Source of the DNA: an uncultured delta proteobacterium
GTDB lineage: Bacteria > Desulfobacterota > Syntrophia > Syntrophales > UBA2192
NCBI GenBank assembly: GCA_963828305.1
Contig: CAWHEJ010000034.1
Coordinates: 11,942 to 75,941 of the forward strand
DNA: 64,000 nucleotides
Direction of reading: 5' to 3'
Part shown: positions 59,317 through 64,000 of the stretch, piece by piece
Layout of the letters: every line of letters begins with the position of its first letter
How positions within the stretch are numbered: position 1 is the first letter of the stretch
Translations under genes and position numbers: made by a program
The notes under the pieces: model-generated
What the model saw: only the letters and a program-made list of their open reading frames with translations
Databases searched by the model: none
What the model was told of the DNA's origin: nothing

Positions 59317-61095
59317 ATGAAAAAGATCATGCTCATCAACGCCGTGGACCAGGAACTGAGCCGGATGGCCGTCCTGGAGAGCGGCAAACTCGTGGAGTAC
59401 AACATCCAGATGTCGGCCCGGGAGCCGATCACGGGCAACATCTACAAGGGGATCGTCCTCAAGGTCGAGCGGGGCCTCCAGGCGGCCTTCGTGGACTACG
59501 GCGCCAGGAAGCACGGGTTTCTGCCCCTGCACGACGTGAGTCCCGAGTACTTCCGCGCAAACTACGAGGAGGCCGAGGAGGAAGGCCACCGGCACCGGAG
59601 CAGGCCGTTCCTGCGCAACGGTCAGGAGATCATCGTGCAGGTCGCCCGGGACGAGAAGGACCACAAGGGCGCCATGCTCACGACCTTCATCTCGCTTCCC
59701 GGACGCTACGTCGTCCTGATGCCGAACCGGCAGAGCACGGGGATTTCCCGCAAGATCGACGACGACGAGTCGCGCAAAAGCCTGATGGAGCTCATGGAGC
59801 AGATCTCGGCCGAGGAGCGGGTGGGGTTCATCGTCCGCACCGCCGGGATGAACCGGACCAAGCAGGAGCTCTCCCGCGATTACTATGTCCTGCTCAAGAT
59901 GTGGCGCGAAATCGAGAACAAGGCCAAGACCGCCCACGCGCCGGCCCTGATCCACCAGGAGGGCGATTTCGGGGTGCGCTCGCTCAGGGACTACTTCACG
60001 ACGGAGATCTCGGAGATCCTGGTCGACGACATGGAGACGTACCGGAAGATGCGCCTCTACATCAACACGGTCGCCCCCCGCAACGTCAAGATGATCACGC
60101 TCTACCAGGACAAGACGCCGCTGTTCGACCGCTACCACCTGGAACCCCAGCTCGACGCCATCTACAAGGAACGGGCGGACCTCAAGAGCGGCGGCTACCT
60201 CATCATCAACCCCACGGAGGCGATGATCACCATCGACGTCAACTCGGGCAGGGCCTCGGACCGCCGCGACGTGGAGGAGACGGCCTTCCGGGCAAACCTC
60301 GAGGCGGCCGAGGAGATCGCCCGGCAGTTGAGGCTTCGCGACCTCGGGGGGCTCATCGTCATCGACTTCATCGACATGAAGGACCGCAAACACATCGCCG
60401 AGATCGAGAAGACCTTCAAAAAGGCGCTCAGCCTCGATCGGGCCCGGACCCAGATCTCGCGCATCTCCAAGTTCGGGATGATGGAGCTCTCCCGCCAGCG
60501 CAAGAAATCCAACATCCAGGAGATCAGCCACGTGACCTGCCCCCACTGCAAGGGCGCCGGCATGCGGCCCTCGCTCGAGTACGCGGCGCTCAGCACCTTT
60601 CGCAAGATCCGCCTAAACGTCCTGAAGGGGACCTACGCGTCCGCCCGGATCACGCTGCCCCACGAGATCGCCAATTACCTTCTCAACCAGAAGCGCAGCG
60701 AGATCGTCGATCTGGAGAGCCTCCACAGCGTGTCGATCCTCATCTCCGGCAACCCCGACATGCTCTGGGAGGAGGCAAAGTTCGAGTTCGTCGAACGGGA
60801 GACGATCCCTGTGCCGACGCTCGAAGCGGAGGAAGGAAAGGGCGAGCAAGCCCGGGCGGAAGGCGCCCCCGGGGAAGCAAGCCGGGCGCCCCGGAAGAAG
60901 CGCTCGCGGCGCGGCCGGAGAAAGCCCGGAGAGAGGATTTACGAGCCTGCCCAGGAAGCCGGCGAGGCCCCCTCGGAATCTCAACCCTCCCCCGAGCCAG
61001 GGCCGGCGGAGCCCCCGCCGCAGCAGGAATCGACCGACGAGAAGAAGCCCGGAGGGGGCATCATCACAAGGATTTACGATATCTTCAAGTTCTAA
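59317..61095 (+). CDS. ribonuclease E/G family endoribonuclease
   Basis: S1 domain GNIYKGIVLKVERGLQAAFVDYG; DNase I-like core; Zn-link CPHCKGAG; basic/Pro-rich C-terminal tail. Confidence 0.9.
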   Translation: MKKIMLINAVDQELSRMAVLESGKLVEYNIQMSAREPITGNIYKGIVLKVERGLQAAFVDYGARKHGFLPLHDVSPEYFRANYEEAEEEGHRHRSRPFLRNGQEIIVQVARDEKDHKGAMLTTFISLPGRYVVLMPNRQSTGISRKIDDDESRKSLMELMEQISAEERVGFIVRTAGMNRTKQELSRDYYVLLKMWREIENKAKTAHAPALIHQEGDFGVRSLRDYFTTEISEILVDDMETYRKMRLYINTVAPRNVKMITLYQDKTPLFDRYHLEPQLDAIYKERADLKSGGYLIINPTEAMITIDVNSGRASDRRDVEETAFRANLEAAEEIARQLRLRDLGGLIVIDFIDMKDRKHIAEIEKTFKKALSLDRARTQISRISKFGMMELSRQRKKSNIQEISHVTCPHCKGAGMRPSLEYAALSTFRKIRLNVLKGTYASARITLPHEIANYLLNQKRSEIVDLESLHSVSILISGNPDMLWEEAKFEFVERETIPVPTLEAEEGKGEQARAEGAPGEASRAPRKKRSRRGRRKPGERIYEPAQEAGEAPSESQPSPEPGPAEPPPQQESTDEKKPGGGIITRIYDIFKF

Positions 61096-61119
61096 CGGAG
61101 AGCCCCAAGCCACAAGGCT

Positions 61120-61216
61120 AAAAAAATCCCCCTCTGTCCCCCTTTTGATAAAGGGGGATGAAAGGGGGATTTTCTTTTTCTGTTGGCTGTCGGCTGCAGG
61201 CTGTTGACTGTCGGCT
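61120..61216. repeat. family A copy 6 (core + right arm)
   Basis: AAAAAAATCCCCCTCTGTCCCCCTTTTGATAAAGGGGGATGAAAGGGGGATTT + CTGTTGGCTGTCGGCTGCAGGCTGTTGACTGTCGGC, between convergent RNase E/G and proC. Confidence 0.8.
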
Positions 61217-61273
61217 TTTTCTGATCCCGAATCCTGAAGCCCGATTCCCGACGCCCGTAGGCCCCGAGGGGGC

Positions 61274-62089
61274 CTACTTGCCTTTGCCCAGCTCCTTCGA
61301 GCGCAGCGTCGCCGCCTCGACAGCCAGGATGAGGGCCGAGCGAAGGCCGCCTTCCTCCAGGGCCTGGATGCCGGCGATCGTCGTCCCGCCGGGCGAGGTG
61401 ACCATGTCCCGCAGCTCGCCGGGGTGCTTGCCGCTCTCCAGGAAGAGCTTTGCCGCCCCCAGAAGCGTCTGGGCCGCCAGCTTGAGTGCCACGTCCCGGG
61501 GCAGGCCCATGAGGACCCCCCCGTCGGAGAGCGCATCGATCATGATGAATGCGTAGGCGGGACCGCTTCCAGAGAGCCCCGTCACGGCGTCCATGAGGTC
61601 TTCCTTGACGACGACCGTCACGCCCAGGGCATCGAAGATCTCCCGGGCCGCAGCCAGATCGGCCCCGGAGGCATTCTCGCCCGCCGCCAGCGCCGCCGCG
61701 CCCTCGCCGACGAGAGCCGGCGTGTTGGGCATGACCCGGACGACAGGCACGCCCTTCTTCAGGTGCTCGGCGATGAACCGGATGGGAATGCCGGCGGCGA
61801 TGGATATGACAAGCTTCTTGCGGTCGATGACGGTGGCCAGTTCCTTGAGCACATCGCCCATCCCCTGGGGTTTGACGGCCAGAACGATGATATCGGCCTC
61901 CCGGGCGGCCCTGCGGTTGTCCTCCGTGGCGGCCACGGCGTACTTGCCCTTCAGGTAGGCCAGCCGGTCGGGGACGATGTCGGTCACGGTCACACTCCCC
62001 GGCTGGCCCAGCCCGGCCGACAGGATGCCGCCCATAATGACCTCGCCCATCTTCCCCCCGCCGATGACGGCAATCTTCTTTCCCTTCAT
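61274..62089 (-). CDS. proC: pyrroline-5-carboxylate reductase
   Basis: IAVIGGGKMG Rossmann; C-terminal PGGTTIAGIQALEEGG motif. Confidence 0.95.
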   Translation of the reverse strand: MKGKKIAVIGGGKMGEVIMGGILSAGLGQPGSVTVTDIVPDRLAYLKGKYAVAATEDNRRAAREADIIVLAVKPQGMGDVLKELATVIDRKKLVISIAAGIPIRFIAEHLKKGVPVVRVMPNTPALVGEGAAALAAGENASGADLAAAREIFDALGVTVVVKEDLMDAVTGLSGSGPAYAFIMIDALSDGGVLMGLPRDVALKLAAQTLLGAAKLFLESGKHPGELRDMVTSPGGTTIAGIQALEEGGLRSALILAVEAATLRSKELGKGK

Positions 62090-62278
62090 GATTTCAGCTC
62101 CCTCCTATTTTTTCCGTCCAGCCGGACAAATGGCCGCCCGTCTGGCATGAATCTTGTTATCAAGTCCTCATGGCACCGGAATGCACACCCGTTTCGAGGG
62201 GGCAACCGGAATGGCCACCGCGGAGGCCACCTCCGGGAAATCCCGCACCGGAAGCGGGTTTCCGCCAGAATATATGCC

Positions 62279-62307
62279 TTGACATTTACGAACTCAACTT
62301 TTATTTT
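62279..62307 (+). promoter_or_regulatory. sigma-70-like promoter for yggT-divIVA
   Basis: TTGACA (62279-62284) - 17 nt - TATTTT (62302-62307). Confidence 0.4.
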
Positions 62308-62337
62308 CGAACTTCTGCATTTTCCGAAGGGTAAGCG

Positions 62338-62640
62338 ATGTTCCTTGTGGCCAATTTGATAGAGGCTTTTGCCAAGATCCTTGACGTAGTCCTGAGCCTC
62401 TATACCTGGGTGATCATCATTCGGGCCCTTCTCTCCTGGGTGAACCCCGACCCCTACAACCCCATTGTCCGGTTCCTGTACCGGGCAACGGAACCGGTCC
62501 TGCGGCCGGTCCGGCGGTGGCTTCCCTTTGGAAATTTCGGCATCGATCTGTCACCGCTTGTCGTGATCCTGGCGATCATGTTCCTGCAATATTTCCTGGT
62601 CCCGAGCCTGAGCCAGCTGGCATTCAAGCTCCGGGCCTGA
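62338..62640 (+). CDS. yggT: YggT family membrane protein
   Basis: 100 aa; YTWVIIIRALLSWVNPDPYNPIVRFLYRATEPVLRPVRR is the typical YggT motif. Confidence 0.9.
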   Translation: MFLVANLIEAFAKILDVVLSLYTWVIIIRALLSWVNPDPYNPIVRFLYRATEPVLRPVRRWLPFGNFGIDLSPLVVILAIMFLQYFLVPSLSQLAFKLRA

Positions 62641-62643
62641 TGG

Positions 62644-64000
62644 ATGGCGTTAGTGAAGATATCCCCGAAGGACGTGAGACAACGGCAGTTTAAGAAAGGC
62701 TTCACGGGATTCGACCCCGAAGAGGTCGGCGCGTACATGAAGTCCGTGGCCGCCGAGCTGGAACGCCAGATCGAGCAGAATGCCCGTCTGTCCGACCTCA
62801 TCGCCGACCTGGAAAAGAAGCTCACCGTCCTGAAGGTCAAAAAGATCTTCGGGGGCAAGGAAAAAAGCGAGGACATGCCCCTCGAGATCAAGAAGGACGT
62901 GGACCAGATCCTCGCCGAGGCGAGGGCCAGGGCCGAGGAGCTCGTCGGCTCCGCCAAATCCGAGTCGGAGGCTCTGCGGGCAAAGGTCAAGGAGGACTCC
63001 GCCAAGGAGTTCGAGAAGCAGTACGGCCAGATGCTCGAGGAGGCACGGGCCCACCAGCTCAAGACGCAGCTTTTGCAGCTGCAGGCCGAGGAAAACTACA
63101 ACAACACCGTGGCCCAGGCAAAGGCCAAGGCCGAGGAAATCGTCCGGGAAGCCACCACGAAGCGAGAAGATACAGCAGCCCGGATCCGCGATGAATACCG
63201 CGCCGAGGCCGAGAAGCTCATGGCCGATGCGAGGGCCAGGGCCGAGCAGATCGTGGAGCATGCCCGTGCCGAGGCAAGCACCATCGGGCCCGCAGCGGGC
63301 ATCGAAGGCGCCGAGGAGCAGTCAAACGAGATCGTGGCCCACGCCAGGGCCCGCGCCGAGGAGATCGTGAACGCAGCCCGGCAGGAGGCCGAAAGCCTTG
63401 CCGTCCAGGAGCTGGAGGCCGCCAGGAAGGAAATCGAGCGCGCCAGGGCAGAGGCGGAGTCGATCGCGAAAAAGGCCCGGGATGAGGCGGCCGCTCTGAA
63501 GGGGAAGCAGCAGGCCGACCTGGCAAAGGAAGTCGAGCAGAAGACGAAGGAGCTTTTCGCCAGGGCGCAGGCCCAGGCCGAGCAGATCGTCAAGGACGCC
63601 GAGGCAAAAGCGAAAGAGATCGAGCCCAAGACAAAGGACCTCCTCGCCAGGGCGCAGGCCCAGGCCGAGCAGATCGTCAAGGACGCCGAGACAAAAGCCA
63701 AGGAGATCGAGCCCAAGACAAAGGACCTCCTCGCCAAGGCGCAGGCCCAGGCCGAGCAGATCGTCAAGGACGCCGAGGCAAAAGCCAAGGAGATCGAGCC
63801 AAAGACAAAGGACATCTTCTCCAGGGCGCAGGCCCAGGCCGAGCACATCGTCAAGGAAGCCGAGGCGCACGCGGCGGATTTGAAGGCCAGGCAGGAAAAG
63901 GTCCTGGTCAAGGATCTCGAGAACAGACGCCAGGGGGTCATCAATCAGGCACAGGCCGAGGCGGAGTCCATCCTTAAGAAGGCGCGGGAAGAAGCCGCCG
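62644..64000 (+). CDS. divIVA: DivIVA domain protein with long reiterated coiled coil (3' end outside the window)
   Basis: Not in the ORF track because no stop is reached. MALVKISPKDVRQRQFKKGFTGFDPEEVGAYMKSVAAELE is a DivIVA N-terminus. ATG 62644 lies 3 nt after the yggT stop. The remainder reiterates the ARAxAEEIV motif. Confidence 0.85.
   Translation, partial: MALVKISPKDVRQRQFKKGFTGFDPEEVGAYMKSVAAELERQIEQNARLSDLIADLEKKLTVLKVKKIFGGKEKSEDMPLEIKKDVDQILAEARARAEELVGSAKSESEALRAKVKEDSAKEFEKQYGQMLEEARAHQLKTQLLQLQAEENYNNTVAQAKAKAEEIVREATTKREDTAARIRDEYRAEAEKLMADARARAEQIVEHARAEASTIGPAAGIEGAEEQSNEIVAHARARAEEIVNAARQEAESLAVQELEAARKEIERARAEAESIAKKARDEAAALKGKQQADLAKEVEQKTKELFARAQAQAEQIVKDAEAKAKEIEPKTKDLLARAQAQAEQIVKDAETKAKEIEPKTKDLLAKAQAQAEQIVKDAEAKAKEIEPKTKDIFSRAQAQAEHIVKEAEAHAADLKARQEKVLVKDLENRRQGVINQAQAEAESILKKAREEAA
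63541..63860 (+). repeat. in-frame 87-nt tandem repeat (about 3.7 copies) inside divIVA
   Basis: Units start at 63541, 63628, 63715, 63802; each encodes KTK(E/D)L(F/L)A(R/K)AQAQAEQIVKDAE(A/T)KAKEIEP; near-identical at DNA level. Confidence 0.9.

Noticed and set aside
59292-61121. 609-aa + strand ORF in another frame of the RNase E/G gene
   Set aside because: The 59317-61095 frame carries the S1 domain, catalytic core and Zn-link motifs. The overlapping frame is an Arg/Pro/Gly-rich artefact.
62650-63944. Minus-strand ORFs (203, 282, 182 and 102 aa) opposite divIVA
   Set aside because: They are generated by the repetitive GC-rich coiled-coil coding sequence. They are Ala/Ser/Leu or Leu/Gly repeats mirroring the sense-strand repeats, whereas the sense frame has a canonical DivIVA N-terminus.

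Overview
GC-rich (about 60% by eye), gene-dense bacterial chromosomal segment with about 60 CDS on both strands. Taxon is inference only: the gene content (NifA-like sigma-54 activator, NrpR, GH57, RodZ plus DivIVA, TrpB2, many Fe-S and radical SAM proteins) suggests an anaerobic deltaproteobacterium-like (Syntrophales or Desulfobacterota-type) organism.

Recognisable content, in order:
- ftsB and a MacAB/DevBCA-like ABC efflux operon
- ABM monooxygenase, MBL hydrolase, CBS protein, transglutaminase-like protein
- a GH57-glycogen synthase fusion and a block of secreted/OmpA-like unknowns
- small membrane proteins, a parvulin PPIase, a ferredoxin-nitroreductase
- ABC-2 exporter, SemiSWEET, GpsA-like dehydrogenase, M16 PreP-like peptidase
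- NrpR-like regulator plus gdhA, a NifA-like activator, a PEP/pyruvate-binding protein
- rfbB, ino1/suhB, rodZ, tatA, ssb, ftsK, rimO, FKBP, hemolysin III
- a visibly AT-richer signalling block (Cache, PAS-LuxR, CheR)
- PEBP, PflX-like radical SAM, FmdB, PspC, hybrid histidine kinase, rarA
- trpB2, tsaC, RNase E/G, proC, yggT, and divIVA (3' end outside the window)

I saw no rRNA, tRNA, CRISPR array, transposase, integrase or phage genes, and no clearly novel multi-gene system such as a defence island.

Observations most worth a second look:
1. An unannotated 26-codon leader peptide with three consecutive Trp codons, plus a terminator/antiterminator switch, upstream of the stand-alone trpB2.
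2. A very high density of several families of long intergenic palindromes whose arms are short tandem oligomers. These sit on gene ends and sometimes supply protein termini.
3. An archaeal-type NrpR regulator next to gdhA, with a perfect palindrome between them.
4. Several unusual fusions, gene remnants and ORFs below the 60-aa track threshold (tatA, a SEC-C peptide).

All calls come from reading the sequence and recalling family motifs. No database search or folding program was run.
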